A DNA stretch of 64,000 bases from Clostridia bacterium (GCA_028709705.1 JAQVWL010000001.1:25728-89727), one strand, 5' to 3'; numbered from the stretch's first letter, positions 1 through 9,875 are shown. Made by a program: numbers and translations. Notes: generated by a model from the sequence alone, not told the origin.

Positions 1-503
1 TTGCAAAGGGCGGGGGACTTCTCAATTTGTACTCATTTTCGCTCGGTGGGGGGCATATTATGGGTGATTTGTCTGAATGTTTGAACATAAACGTAAAAGA
101 AGCAGAAGAGTTAAAAAGACAAATTGTGCTTTCATTGAAACCAAGTGCAAATGATTTTTACGAAATACACAGTATGGGCAAAACAAAACAGATATTTACC
201 AAATTGGCAAACGAAATAGTTTCTGACAGATTGGATATGTTTTGCTCATGCATAAACACTTGTCTCAAAGAAAGTCAGTCTGATGAATATATGCCAATAT
301 ACTTAACAGGTGGCGGTGTTTCGTATATGAAAGGTGCAAAAGACTTTATATCCAAAAAAATTGGGCACAACGTTGGACTTATTTCTCCCCCTCTTGCCGA
401 GTTTAACAAACCCCACTTATCATCTTTGATATCACTTCTTGCTCATTCACTTAAAGATAAAACAAAAAATAACTATGGAATAGTTGCAAATGCTTTAAAA
501 TAA
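1..503 (+). CDS. ftsA: Cell division protein FtsA, C-terminal part (5' end lies outside the window)
   Basis: The frame is open from the window edge; the track ORF 27..503 begins at an internal TTG. Actin-fold C-terminal pattern (IYLTGGGVSYMKGAKDFISKKIG). Lies directly upstream of ftsZ. Confidence 0.8.
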   Translation, partial: AKGGGLLNLYSFSLGGGHIMGDLSECLNINVKEAEELKRQIVLSLKPSANDFYEIHSMGKTKQIFTKLANEIVSDRLDMFCSCINTCLKESQSDEYMPIYLTGGGVSYMKGAKDFISKKIGHNVGLISPPLAEFNKPHLSSLISLLAHSLKDKTKNNYGIVANALK

Positions 504-536
504 TTGTATAATTTAGTAACAAAATAGGAGTTGAAT

Positions 537-1712
537 ATGTATAACAATAACAATATTGGTCCAGTTGCAAACATAAAGGTGATAGGAGTTGGTGGCGGTG
601 GGAACAACGCAGTTAATCGTATGATAAACGCAAACATCACCAGTGCCAACTATGTTGCAATAAACACCGACAAACAAGATTTGCTTATGAGTAATGCAGA
701 CCAAAGATTGCAAATCGGTGAAAAAATCACAAGAGGTCTTGGTGCCGGTGCAGAACCTGATGTTGGCTTGAAAGCAGCAGAAGAAAGCAAAGCAAGCATT
801 AGCGAAATTTTGAAAGACACCGACCTTGTGTTTATAACAGCGGGTATGGGTGGCGGAACAGGTACAGGTGCAGCACCTGTTGTTGCTCAACTAGCCAAAG
901 AATTGGGTATTTTGACCATAGCAGTAGTTACAAAACCTTTTAGTTTTGAAGGAAGAAAACGTTCCGAAAATGCAGAAAAAGGTCTTGAAAATCTTGCAAA
1001 ATATGTTGACACTCTTGTTATTATTCCCAATGACAAACTCTTCCAATTAGTTCCCAAAGGCACTCCAATTGTGGAAGCGTTTAGATATGCAGATGATGTT
1101 CTTCGCCAAGGCATTCAAGGCATTTCAGACTTGATTGTAACACCAGGACTTATCAATCTTGACTTTGCCGATGTTCGTTCAATTATGAAAAACAAGGGAC
1201 TTGCTCATATGGGAATAGGGCACGCAAAAGGTGAAAATAAAACAATTGAAGCGGTTAGGCAAGCGGTTTCTAGCCCATTGCTTGAAACAACTATTGAAGG
1301 TGCAACAGGAGTTTTGCTTAATGTAAAAGGCGGAATGGATTTGCCACTTGACCAAGTTTACGAGGCGGCGGACCTTGTAAAACAAGTTGTTGACCCAAGT
1401 TGCAATATCATTTTTGGTTCAGGCATTGACGAAGCAATGAACGATGAAGTTGAAATAACAATTATTGCAACAGGTTTTAATGACAAAAGCATTTTGGAAG
1501 ACCAAGATTTGACAAAAGTAAAGGAAGAAGTTGAAGCGTTTAACAATTTTGACACAAAAAAATTGTTTGGCGGATTTGGTCTTAAAAATGAAAATAATAA
1601 TCTACATACCCCAGAACCCAAAATTGAAAACGTGGAAAACACAAGTCGTTTAAAAATTGAAAACCCAGATATTCCACCATTTTTAAAAAAATTAAGAAGA
1701 GATAAATTTTAG
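537..1712 (+). CDS. ftsZ: Cell division GTPase FtsZ
   Basis: Tubulin signature motifs [13 protein letters not shown] and [21 protein letters not shown] lies 6 nt upstream of ATG 537; the track ORF starts at TTG 531. Confidence 0.97.
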   Translation: MYNNNNIGPVANIKVIGVGGGGNNAVNRMINANITSANYVAINTDKQDLLMSNADQRLQIGEKITRGLGAGAEPDVGLKAAEESKASISEILKDTDLVFITAGMGGGTGTGAAPVVAQLAKELGILTIAVVTKPFSFEGRKRSENAEKGLENLAKYVDTLVIIPNDKLFQLVPKGTPIVEAFRYADDVLRQGIQGISDLIVTPGLINLDFADVRSIMKNKGLAHMGIGHAKGENKTIEAVRQAVSSPLLETTIEGATGVLLNVKGGMDLPLDQVYEAADLVKQVVDPSCNIIFGSGIDEAMNDEVEITIIATGFNDKSILEDQDLTKVKEEVEAFNNFDTKKLFGGFGLKNENNNLHTPEPKIENVENTSRLKIENPDIPPFLKKLRRDKF

Positions 1713-1727
1713 AGATTTTTATATTTT

Positions 1728-1760
1728 AAAAAATTAGCGTAAAATTCGCTAATTTTTTTT
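1728..1760 (+). terminator. Rho-independent terminator after ftsZ
   Basis: ATTAGCG/CGCTAAT stem (about 1733-1753) followed by a T8 run. Confidence 0.7.
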
Positions 1761-1784
1761 GTCAAAATTAGTTTTTTTTAGACA
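1760..1784 (+). promoter_or_regulatory. Two inverted Spo0A-box-like heptamers upstream of spoIIGA
   Basis: TGTCAAA (1760-1766) and TTAGACA (rc TGTCTAA, 1778-1784) each differ by one base from the TGTCGAA 0A box. Their location matches the Spo0A-activated spoIIG promoter known in Bacillus. Confidence 0.3.
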
Positions 1785-1828
1785 AAAAAATAAATTTTTT
1801 AACGCCTTATTTGTTATAGAATAATTAT

Positions 1829-2707
1829 ATGCAAGTATATATTGAAGATATAATACTAGACAATTTAATTATTGATTTTATTATATTATTAATCACTGCA
1901 AAATTATCAAAAATAAAATATAAATGGTATTTTTTGTTGTTTTCTTCAATCTTTGGTGTTGTCTTTACAACAATAAATCTTTACATAAATTTGCAAGGCA
2001 CTATTTTGTTTTTTTACAAAATATTAATGTCTGTTGCAATGGTGGCAATAGCATTCAATATAAAAAGCATAAAAAAATTTTTGCTAAATTATTTTACATT
2101 CTTATTGACAACTTTTTTGATGGGCGGAGGTTGCTTTTTGATTTGTTTTTCTTTTGGAACTGTCGTTGTTCAAAACGCTAATATTTCTTATGACCTCGCC
2201 TTGCCCGTTGGCGTTATTGTTGGTATTTTTGCAATTTTGTCTTATTTGATTTTAAATATTTTTAAAGCAATAAAAGAAAAAACAAAACTATCAAATTTTG
2301 AATTTGATGTTCAAATCTGCAACAACAATTTGCAAATAAAAACAAAGGCATTTGTTGATACGGGAAACACTCTTGTCGATCCAATATCCAACAAACCAAT
2401 TACGATTATTGATTATCATTTTTTCAAAAAATTTTTCAAACAAATTCCCATACACGAAATTATACTAAAAAAAACTCCCAAAGAACTAAAAAATCCACAT
2501 TATATATCTGTGGGTTCAGTAGGCAAAAAAACAAATATGTTAATTTTTGAAATGGAAAAATTTAAAATTTATCAAAAAAATAATAATTTTTCAATAAAAA
2601 ATGCTGTTTTCGGACTAACTTTTGTAAATTTAGAAAAAAATTTGGACTGCCCCTTGTTGTTAAACCCCGACATTATCAATGGAGATAAAAATGAATTGTT
2701 TAGTTAA
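1829..2707 (+). CDS. spoIIGA: Sigma-E processing aspartic peptidase SpoIIGA
   Basis: Hydrophobic multi-TM N-terminal half, then the FVDTGNTLVDP (DTG) motif. Immediately precedes sigE. Confidence 0.88.
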   Translation: MQVYIEDIILDNLIIDFIILLITAKLSKIKYKWYFLLFSSIFGVVFTTINLYINLQGTILFFYKILMSVAMVAIAFNIKSIKKFLLNYFTFLLTTFLMGGGCFLICFSFGTVVVQNANISYDLALPVGVIVGIFAILSYLILNIFKAIKEKTKLSNFEFDVQICNNNLQIKTKAFVDTGNTLVDPISNKPITIIDYHFFKKFFKQIPIHEIILKKTPKELKNPHYISVGSVGKKTNMLIFEMEKFKIYQKNNNFSIKNAVFGLTFVNLEKNLDCPLLLNPDIINGDKNELFS

Positions 2708-3419
2708 AATGTTGTTAAAAATAAAATATTTGCTTAAAAAAAATGTGTTTATGTCTGCTCAAGATATTGTTTTGTATATATGCGGAAACGAAGCATTGCC
2801 CTTGCCACTTAATGCAGAAGAGGAACGCGTTTTGATAGAAGAAATGGCAAAAAACAACTCTCAAGCACGAGATAAATTGATAGAACACAATTTAAGACTT
2901 GTTGTATATATTGCCAAAAAATTTGAAAATACAGGAATTGATTTGCAAGACCTTATTTCTGTTGGTGCAATAGGTTTGATCAAAGCAGTTAAAACATATA
3001 ATTTTGACAAAAATATAAAACTTGCAACTTATGCTTCAAGATGTATAGAAAATGAAATTTTAATGCAATTAAGAAAAACCAGCAAACAAAAAATTGAAGT
3101 AAGTTTGGAAGAACCGCTCAATTATGATAGCGAAGGCAACGAACTTTTGCTTCTTGATGTGCTATTTTGTGAAGATGACAACATATCAAAGAACTTGGAG
3201 CAAGATGCTGAAAAAAAAGTGATTTGGGATAGCATAAAAAAACTTTGCCCCCGTGAGCAAGAAATAATGAAATTTAGGTTTGGGCTTGAAGGGCAAAATG
3301 AAAAAACACAAAAAGAAGTTGCCGAACTGCTCGGCATTTCTCAAAGTTATATTAGCAGAATAGAGAAAAAAATACTTGCCAAAATCAAAACCGAAATTTT
3401 AAAAGCAAGCAATTTATAA
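2691..3419 (+). CDS. sigE: Sporulation sigma factor SigE (pro-sigma-E)
   Basis: Pro-sequence followed by YICGNEALPLPLNAEEE and NLRLVVYIAKKFENTGIDLQDLISVGAIGLIKAV, close to Bacillus SigE as recalled. GGAG lies 6 nt before ATG 2691. Alternative starts are 2679 and 2709. Confidence 0.9.
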   Translation: MNCLVKMLLKIKYLLKKNVFMSAQDIVLYICGNEALPLPLNAEEERVLIEEMAKNNSQARDKLIEHNLRLVVYIAKKFENTGIDLQDLISVGAIGLIKAVKTYNFDKNIKLATYASRCIENEILMQLRKTSKQKIEVSLEEPLNYDSEGNELLLLDVLFCEDDNISKNLEQDAEKKVIWDSIKKLCPREQEIMKFRFGLEGQNEKTQKEVAELLGISQSYISRIEKKILAKIKTEILKASNL

Positions 3420-3439
3420 TTTTTACAAGTTGTTTGTTT

Positions 3440-3468
3440 GCATAAAAAATTTTGGAAAGGCAATCCTA
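3440..3468 (+). promoter_or_regulatory. Forespore-type (SigF/SigG-like) promoter upstream of sigG
   Basis: GCATA (3440-3444), a 14-nt spacer, then GGCAATCCTA (3459-3468). This resembles the GCATR-N15-GGnnAnAHTR consensus. Confidence 0.4.
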
Positions 3469-3497
3469 TTTTTATTGGGTTAAAATAGGAGATATTT

Positions 3498-4271
3498 ATG
3501 GCAAATAGAGTTTCTATTTGTGGTGTTGATACCAACAAACTTCCAAAGTTAAAAGCAAAAGAGTTAGACCAACTTATGATAAAAGTAAAAATGGGTGACG
3601 AACTTGCCAGAGAAGAATTTGTTGTTGGCAATTTGCGGTTGGTCTTAAGCATTGTTCAGCGGTTTGTTATGCACGGCGACAAGGCTGACGATATGTTCCA
3701 AGTTGGTTGTGTTGGGCTTATGAAAGCGATTGACAACTTTGATATGTCGCTTGGATTAAGATTTTCAACCTATGCAGTACCAATGATTATTGGCGAAATT
3801 AGGCGATATTTGAGAGATAACAATTCCATAAGAGTTTCCCGCAGTTTGCGAGATATTGCTTACAAAGCGTTGCAAGTTAAGGAACAATTTTCAAAAACCG
3901 AGCACCGAGAACCATCTATTGAAGAAATTGCCAAAATTTTGGAACTAACGCCCGCGCAAATTTCGTTTTCACTTGATGCAATCAGTGATATTGTTAGTCT
4001 TAATGAACCCGTTTACAATGATGGGAGTGATACGGTAAGAATAATGGACCAAATAAGCGATACGGAAAACAGCGATGAAAATTGCTTGGAAATTATTGCT
4101 TTAAAAGAAGCACTGGTAAAACTTAACCCCCGAGAAAAAGAGATTTTAACCCTTCGCTACTTTATTGGCAAAACTCAAATGGAGGTTAGCGATGAAGTTG
4201 GAATATCCCAAGCACAAGTTTCTCGCCTTGAAAAAAACGCCCTAGAAATTATAAGAAAAAACATCACGTAA
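3498..4271 (+). CDS. sigG: Sporulation sigma factor SigG
   Basis: Sigma-70 regions 2-4 (GNLRLVLSIVQRF, TYAVPMIIGEIRRYLRD, ISQAQVSRLEKNAL). Conserved spoIIGA-sigE-sigG order. AGGAG RBS. Confidence 0.92.
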   Translation: MANRVSICGVDTNKLPKLKAKELDQLMIKVKMGDELAREEFVVGNLRLVLSIVQRFVMHGDKADDMFQVGCVGLMKAIDNFDMSLGLRFSTYAVPMIIGEIRRYLRDNNSIRVSRSLRDIAYKALQVKEQFSKTEHREPSIEEIAKILELTPAQISFSLDAISDIVSLNEPVYNDGSDTVRIMDQISDTENSDENCLEIIALKEALVKLNPREKEILTLRYFIGKTQMEVSDEVGISQAQVSRLEKNALEIIRKNIT

Positions 4272-4298
4272 GGGCTAGCAATTTTGAAACTAGCAAAA

Positions 4299-4336
4299 AG
4301 AGATTACAACACAAAATGTAATCTCTCTTTTATTTT
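4299..4336 (+). terminator. Rho-independent terminator after sigG
   Basis: 10-bp stem AGAGATTACA/TGTAATCTCT followed by CTTTTATTTT. Confidence 0.75.
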
Positions 4337-4468
4337 GTAATAGTTTCAAAAAATACAGACTAAAAGTGGTGTTTTTTATACAATTATCACACAAAAATAC
4401 ACAATTTTTTTTAAAAAATGGGGGATTGACAAACCCCAATTTTTGTTATATATTATAGGCAAGGAAAA

Positions 4469-4780
4469 GTGACAAACAAAATGAGATTTTACGATAACCA
4501 TAAAAATTTTGATATTTGGATAACAAACGAGATAAACAATCCCAAAACCATTGAAATAATCACAAGAAACGCAGAACTTGGAATTGTTTTAACAAAAAGA
4601 AATGTGAAATATATTGAAAATTTACCCTATTATTTTGCAGAAGAAAAAAGCAAGATAGACACATTTTTGCAAAACCCGAACGATTTTCTTGCGTTTCCAG
4701 CATTTAGGCAATTAAACAAAGAACTTGTTGCCAAAATCAAACAACAACCCAACCAACCCGCTCCCGAAATGAAAAGATAA
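4469..4780 (+). CDS. Hypothetical protein (103 aa; alternative ATG start at 4481)
   Basis: ORF downstream of a TTGACA-N15-TATATA promoter-like sequence. No recognisable motif. Confidence 0.5.
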   Translation: MTNKMRFYDNHKNFDIWITNEINNPKTIEIITRNAELGIVLTKRNVKYIENLPYYFAEEKSKIDTFLQNPNDFLAFPAFRQLNKELVAKIKQQPNQPAPEMKR

Positions 4781-4798
4781 AAATAGGAGAAACAAACT

Positions 4799-5170
4799 AT
4801 GCTTATAAAAATTGATGATATAATTTTTAACACAAACCAACTTAAAGAAATAAGAATTTTGAGTTCACATGATGAGTGTGACACTGATTTTTATTTTCTT
4901 AAAGGCAAAACAAAAACTTTTAATTATAAAAAGGGTCAAATTTTGATAAAACATATTTTAATGAATGATGAAAAAAAATCTTTTGTTGAAATTGGCAACA
5001 GATATTATAACAAAGATTTAATTTCTCAAATTGAAGAAAACCCAAATGACAAATATTACGCTCATACCATAACATTTGCTGATGAAACAAAAGAACACAT
5101 CACAAAATTTGATAGAGATGCAATAGCAAGAACTGAAAGACCAAAAACTAAATTAGTTTTGGAAAAATAA
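4799..5170 (+). CDS. Hypothetical protein (123 aa)
   Basis: ORF with an AGGAG RBS 18 nt after the previous stop. No recognisable motif. Confidence 0.5.
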   Translation: MLIKIDDIIFNTNQLKEIRILSSHDECDTDFYFLKGKTKTFNYKKGQILIKHILMNDEKKSFVEIGNRYYNKDLISQIEENPNDKYYAHTITFADETKEHITKFDRDAIARTERPKTKLVLEK

Positions 5171-5181
5171 AAATGCAAAAC

Positions 5182-5216
5182 AAAACCCCCGCCAATTTTA
5201 GTGGGGGTTTTGTTAT
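5182..5216. terminator. Bidirectional terminator between convergent genes
   Basis: AAAACCCCC/GGGGGTTTT stem flanked by A and T runs. Lies between the 4799..5170 gene (+) and spoIVA (-). Confidence 0.75.
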
Positions 5217-5250
5217 TTAACAATAAAATTTTGTTTTAAAATCTCCCATT

Positions 5251-6729
5251 TTAAAGCAAAATGCAAATCACTCCGCCTTTGCCTTCGTTCACTATTCTTG
5301 TTAGTGTTTTTCGCATTTTTTGTTGTGCTTCTGTTGGCATCAACACAATTTTTGATTTTATTCCATCACTGACAAGCGAGTACAAACTTCTTCCAAACAT
5401 ATTTGTTTCCCAAATGCTTTCAGGTTTGGTTTCAAATTCGTTTGTAAGATATTTTACAAGGTCTTGTGTTTGTTGTTCTGTTCCAACAAGTGGGTTGAGT
5501 TCGGTTTCAACTTCCACTTTCAAAATATGCAAACTTGGGGCCGATGCTTTCAATTTTACGCCAAACTTTCCGCCTTGTTTCACAATTTGCGGGTCATCAA
5601 GCATCATATCTTCAACCGAAGGGCTAACAACTCCATAGCCAGTTTGCTCCACTTGAATAAGAGCACTTTCCAATTTTTGAAATTGTTTTTTTGCATAAGC
5701 AAGTTCTCTTATAAAACTTACCAAATGATAATCGCTAGTAATTTCTTGCCCGCATTGGTCTGACAGAACTTTATAAAATAGTTGTGGTTTTGGGTTAACT
5801 TTAAATTGCACACAACCTTCGCCCATACTTATTTTTTCAATTCCAATAGGTTCAAAATCACTGCTTTCGGCAAAAATAATTGCAGATTTGTCTATTTGAC
5901 CAATTTTTGTAATTTTGTCGCTAAAACTTTTTATTTCATTGATAACATTTTTTATCATAACATTTTCATAAGGCAATGCTTGCATCCATTCAGGAATATT
6001 TACTTTCAAAGATTTGATAGGAAATTCAAGCAATATTTTTTCAAAAATGTTTTCAATATCACTCGCATTCATATTGATAGCATCAATAGTCAAAGTTGTT
6101 ACCTTGTATTTGCTCTCCAAACTTTTTTTCAAATTGATTGCATTTTCGCTATTTGGGTCTGCCGAATTTATCAAAATAATAAAAGGTTTGTTTGTGCAAG
6201 AAAGTTCTTTCACAACTCTTTCTTCCGCTTCGATATAACTACTGCGGGGTATTTCGTTTATTGTTCCATCACTTGTCATAACAATGCCAATAGTTGAATG
6301 TTCTTCAATTATTTTTTTTGTTCCAATTTCCGCTGCTTCTTCAAATGGTATTTCTTCTTTTGTCCAAGGAGTTTTCACAAGTCTTGGTTTTTCATTTTCT
6401 TCGTGGCCCATAGCACCAGAAATCAAATAACCAACGCTGTCTATCATTCTCACATTGAGTTCCACATTGCCGGCAAGATTAATTTTTACCGCTTCATTTG
6501 GCACAAATTTTGGTTGAGTTGTCATAATTGTCAACCCCTCGGCACTTTGTGGCAATTCATCAATAGTCCTTTCTTTTATATGTCTATTTTTTATGTTTGG
6601 CACAACCAAATTTTGCATAAATCGTGTAATAAAAGTTGATTTGCCACACCTAACTGGTCCAACCACACCAACATATATATCTCCGTTAGTTCGCTCTTTT
6701 ATATCTTTGTAAATAGAAAAAGTTTCCAT
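5251..6729 (-). CDS. spoIVA: Stage IV sporulation protein A (spore coat basement-layer ATPase)
   Basis: N-terminus IYVGVVGPVRCGKSTFITRFM (Walker A). The 492-aa length and overall pattern are typical of SpoIVA. GGAGGT RBS. Confidence 0.93.
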   Translation of the reverse strand: METFSIYKDIKERTNGDIYVGVVGPVRCGKSTFITRFMQNLVVPNIKNRHIKERTIDELPQSAEGLTIMTTQPKFVPNEAVKINLAGNVELNVRMIDSVGYLISGAMGHEENEKPRLVKTPWTKEEIPFEEAAEIGTKKIIEEHSTIGIVMTSDGTINEIPRSSYIEAEERVVKELSCTNKPFIILINSADPNSENAINLKKSLESKYKVTTLTIDAINMNASDIENIFEKILLEFPIKSLKVNIPEWMQALPYENVMIKNVINEIKSFSDKITKIGQIDKSAIIFAESSDFEPIGIEKISMGEGCVQFKVNPKPQLFYKVLSDQCGQEITSDYHLVSFIRELAYAKKQFQKLESALIQVEQTGYGVVSPSVEDMMLDDPQIVKQGGKFGVKLKASAPSLHILKVEVETELNPLVGTEQQTQDLVKYLTNEFETKPESIWETNMFGRSLYSLVSDGIKSKIVLMPTEAQQKMRKTLTRIVNEGKGGVICILL

Positions 6730-6745
6730 ATTACCTCCGCATTAT

Positions 6746-6772
6746 AAGGTATGAGCAAACAAAAAAAAATAT
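6746..6772 (-). promoter_or_regulatory. SigE-type mother-cell promoter candidate for spoIVA
   Basis: Minus-strand reading is ATATT, a 14-nt spacer, then CATACCTT, which resembles the SigE -35 ATATT / -10 CATACAnT consensus. Confidence 0.35.
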
Positions 6773-6798
6773 AACTTGTTTATAACAAATATATTTTT

Positions 6799-8922
6799 CT
6801 AAATTTTTTTACAGTTTTTAAATTTTGAACACGAGCAACCTTTGCAATATTTACATTTGTTTTTCTCTTTAAAAAATGCCAAAATTTTCCAAAATGCAGA
6901 TATAACAAAAAACATTCCAAAAACCAAACAAACAACACTAAAAATACCAATTTTTTCTGCCAAATAATACAAATTATAAATCATAAAAGCAACTATGTAT
7001 GCAACAAAAAGTTGAATTAGTATTGCTGTTAAAGTCCATTTAATACCAATTTCTTTTTTCATAACTGCTATTGTTGCAATGCAGGGGCAGTACAAAAGGC
7101 AAAATCCCATAAAAGAGATTGCACTTGCAGAAGTAAAAAAAACTGCCGAATTAGGATTTGTTAACGACTGACCGATTTGACTTGTGGAATTTGCAGAGTG
7201 AGTTCCAACCCCATTAAAAATTGCTATTGAAGAAACAACAATTTCTTTTGCCACAATGCCACCAATAAGAGCCGCAACCGCACCCCAATTATTAAATCCT
7301 AGCGGAGCAAAAAGCGGAGCAAAAAACTCACCCAAAACTTGCAAAATGCTTTTTCCGTTAGTGCCAGCAACATAGTTAAAGGTAAAATTAAAACTTCCCA
7401 AGCACCACATTATTATACTCATAGACACAAAAATTGTGCTAACTTTTATCAAAAATAATTTTAAGTTTAGCCAAGCAATTTTTATTATTCTCCCAAATTT
7501 TGGCAAGTGATAAGGTGGAAATTCTAACAAAAAAGTGTTGTCATTGCTTTTTAACCCAATTTTGTCTAAAACTATGCTCAAAAAAAGTGCAACAAAAACG
7601 CCCAAAAGATATAAGCAAAAAATAATGAAAACATTGCTAGCATCAAAAAACGCACCGCCCAAAACAGCATAAATTGGAAGTTTGGCAGAACAACTCATAT
7701 ACGGAGCGAGAATGGCAGTTTTGATTTTTGCTTTTTTGCTATCCATAGCCCTTGCGGTCAAAACAGCACTTGCTGAACAACCAAAACTCATAAGCAAAGT
7801 GTAAACACTTTTGCCCGAAAGTCCAAGTCCGCTAAAAATATCTTCAAAAATAAAAGCAATTCTTGCAAAATAACCCGTATCCTCCATAATTGCCAAAAAC
7901 AAGAACAGCAAAACAACTTGTGGCAAAAAAGAAAACAAACTTCCAACACCGGCAATAAAACCTTGTGCAACAAGACCATTGACCCAATCTATATTGCAAA
8001 ATGTTTTAAAAAAACTTACAACAAAAGTACCCAAATCGTTTTGAATTAAATCATACAAAACTTGCGAAAAAAATGAACCAATAAAGAAAAAAGTAATATA
8101 AAAAATTGCAAGCATAATTACAATAAAAATTGGAATTGCAAAATATTTATTTAGTAAAATATTATCCAAAAATTCTTCGCCATATATTTTATTTTTTTTA
8201 TTAATATATATTTTATTAATATAATTATATTTTTCCTTTGCCAATACGCTATAATTTAATTTATTGTTAATTAAATAATTATTTAAAAATATATTATTTA
8301 TTTTATTTTTTTTTAAAAAAAAGTCATTTTTTTCAATTATTTTTATTATTTCAAATATATTTATATTCAATTTTTTTGCCAAATCTTCAATCAGGCAAAA
8401 AGTGCTTTTACTAAATATTTTTTTGTTTATATTATTATCAATTTTTTTGTAATTATATTTTGCAATTTTTTCTTTCAAATTTTTGATATCGTTTTTGTTT
8501 TCAAAGTTCAAAACCCAAATTTCAACACCCAATTCTTCCTTCAGTTTTTTTATGTCAAAATCAACAATTTTGCCCCAATTGTTTACAACCAAAACAACAT
8601 TGTTTTTTAGTTGTAAAAGGTCAAGTGTCAAATACAAATTTTTTGTCAAATTATTTATGTCGCATATGTTTAAAATCAAACTGTTTTGATTGCTTAAAAC
8701 AAAATCTATTGAAACTTGTTCTTCCAAACTTAATGCAGTCAAAGAATAAATACCCGGCAAGTCGACAACTGAAAATTTTTGATTGTCAAAAGAAAAAAAC
8801 TTTTCTTTTTCTTCAACAGTTACCCCGTGCCAATTTCCTGTATGTTCTTCGCTTTTTGTCAAACTGTTAAGAAGGGTCGTTTTGCCGGTATTTGCATTGC
8901 CAACAAGCATAAGTTTTTTCAT
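6799..8922 (-). CDS. feoB: Ferrous iron transporter FeoB
   Basis: N-terminal G-domain (VGNANTGKTTLLN, DLPG) followed by a large polytopic membrane domain. Overlaps feoA by 4 nt. Confidence 0.93.
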   Translation of the reverse strand: MKKLMLVGNANTGKTTLLNSLTKSEEHTGNWHGVTVEEKEKFFSFDNQKFSVVDLPGIYSLTALSLEEQVSIDFVLSNQNSLILNICDINNLTKNLYLTLDLLQLKNNVVLVVNNWGKIVDFDIKKLKEELGVEIWVLNFENKNDIKNLKEKIAKYNYKKIDNNINKKIFSKSTFCLIEDLAKKLNINIFEIIKIIEKNDFFLKKNKINNIFLNNYLINNKLNYSVLAKEKYNYINKIYINKKNKIYGEEFLDNILLNKYFAIPIFIVIMLAIFYITFFFIGSFFSQVLYDLIQNDLGTFVVSFFKTFCNIDWVNGLVAQGFIAGVGSLFSFLPQVVLLFLFLAIMEDTGYFARIAFIFEDIFSGLGLSGKSVYTLLMSFGCSASAVLTARAMDSKKAKIKTAILAPYMSCSAKLPIYAVLGGAFFDASNVFIIFCLYLLGVFVALFLSIVLDKIGLKSNDNTFLLEFPPYHLPKFGRIIKIAWLNLKLFLIKVSTIFVSMSIIMWCLGSFNFTFNYVAGTNGKSILQVLGEFFAPLFAPLGFNNWGAVAALIGGIVAKEIVVSSIAIFNGVGTHSANSTSQIGQSLTNPNSAVFFTSASAISFMGFCLLYCPCIATIAVMKKEIGIKWTLTAILIQLFVAYIVAFMIYNLYYLAEKIGIFSVVCLVFGMFFVISAFWKILAFFKEKNKCKYCKGCSCSKFKNCKKI

Positions 8923-9173
8923 AAAACCTCTTTAATTTTTATGTTAAAAGCAATATCTCGCCTTAAAGAAATAACAAAACCATTTATGCCAACCAAAAAA
9001 GTTTTTTTTAAAAATGATTTTCTCAAAATCTTTATTTTTTCTCCGTTTACAAAACCTATTTCTGCAAGTCTTCTGCCATATTTAATGTCAAAACTTTCAT
9101 CAATGTCGGTTATTTCATAAACTTTATTTGTTTCGGCATCAGCCAAATTGCTTTCTTGTTTGTCTTTCTTCAT
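8919..9173 (-). CDS. feoA: FeoA family protein
   Basis: Small SH3-like FeoA pattern (RRLAEIGFVNGEKIKIL...ISLRRDIAFNIKI). Translationally coupled to feoB. Confidence 0.85.
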   Translation of the reverse strand: MKKDKQESNLADAETNKVYEITDIDESFDIKYGRRLAEIGFVNGEKIKILRKSFLKKTFLVGINGFVISLRRDIAFNIKIKEVL

Positions 9174-9284
9174 AACAAACTATATGATTTTGTGTATATG
9201 TTTATGCAAGAGCAAAAAATTTGTCAAATTTTAGTCTTTTATAGAGTTTTTTTTCATATATTCAATAATAAAGGATTTTTGGAG

Positions 9285-9557
9285 TTGGAGTGCTCATTTT
9301 TAGAACTTAGATGCAAAGAAGTTGTCAATGTGGTTGATGGAAAACGTCTTGGTCATATCATTGATGTTGTTTTTGATTTGCAAACTGCAAGAATTTGCGG
9401 ATTGGTTATACCAAACAACAAAAGTTTTTGGAATGTTTTTAAGGGTGGGCAAGAAATTTTTATTCCTTTCACCCAAATTTGCAAAATAGGCGAAGACACA
9501 ATTTTGGTGGAATTATATGCACCAACACCGCCAACAACTTGCGTTATGGGGAAATAA
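9285..9557 (+). CDS. YlmC/YmxH-family (PRC-barrel) sporulation protein
   Basis: LRCKEVVNVVDGKRLGHIIDVVFDL....GLVIP pattern. Start chosen at TTG 9285 after AAGGA. The upstream part of track ORF 9156.. overlaps feoA and is rejected. Confidence 0.72.
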   Translation: MECSFLELRCKEVVNVVDGKRLGHIIDVVFDLQTARICGLVIPNNKSFWNVFKGGQEIFIPFTQICKIGEDTILVELYAPTPPTTCVMGK

Positions 9558-9776
9558 AAACAAGCACGAACTTGGTGCTAAGGGTTGAATACAAGCGGTA
9601 ATATGAACAAAAAAAGAAAAAATCGCTCAAATCACGTAGGTTTATCTACGCTCAATCGCAATTTTTATCTTGTTTTTGCATTTATCACCATTTTCTTCAA
9701 CCTTATTATTAATATTTAAATAGGTTGTTATGTAACGAAATTCGTGCAAAAACTTTTTAAGTTTAATGCCACTATG

Positions 9777-9875
9777 TTATTTTTTCTTTGTTTTTGTTGC
9801 TGGTTTTGCAGTTGTTTTAACTTCTGGTTTTGCAACTGGTTTTGTTGAAGCAACTACTTTTTTTACTTCTTTCAT
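9777..9875 (-). CDS. Candidate small lysine-rich ORF (32 aa, MKEVKKVVASTKPVAKPEVKTTAKPATKTKKK)
   Basis: Not in the ORF track because it is under 60 aa. ATG preceded by purine-rich AAGAAGAAAG. A TTGCTT-N16-TATAAT promoter lies about 40 nt upstream on the same strand. Confidence 0.3.
   Translation of the reverse strand: MKEVKKVVASTKPVAKPEVKTTAKPATKTKKK

Noticed and set aside
5261-6639. Long antisense ORFs inside spoIVA; similar ones lie inside pgk (15706..16254), pheT (19224..20363), pheS (20776..21345), uvrC (36151..36636) and minD (49382..49918)
   Set aside because: These are shadow ORFs opposite strongly supported conserved genes. Their products are low-complexity and Phe/Cys/Ser-rich, and they have no RBS.
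8160-8420. Very AT-rich, repeat-looking stretch in feoB (and 47930-48300 in the M50 protease gene)
   Set aside because: These are in-frame Asn/Lys/Ile-rich coding low-complexity regions within intact ORFs. They are not a distinct repeat element or insertion.
9156-9284. N-terminal extension of the ylmC-family ORF
   Set aside because: It overlaps the feoA start region and the divergent promoter. The conserved PRC-barrel sequence begins near 9291, and an internal TTG follows AAGGA.
9580-9704. MITE with terminal inverted repeats, or 6S-like RNA
   Set aside because: The inverted termini are short (about 9 bp with a bulge) and imperfect. There are no target-site duplications and no second copy in the window. 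It is too short for 6S RNA. It is retained only as part of the orphan transcription-unit finding.
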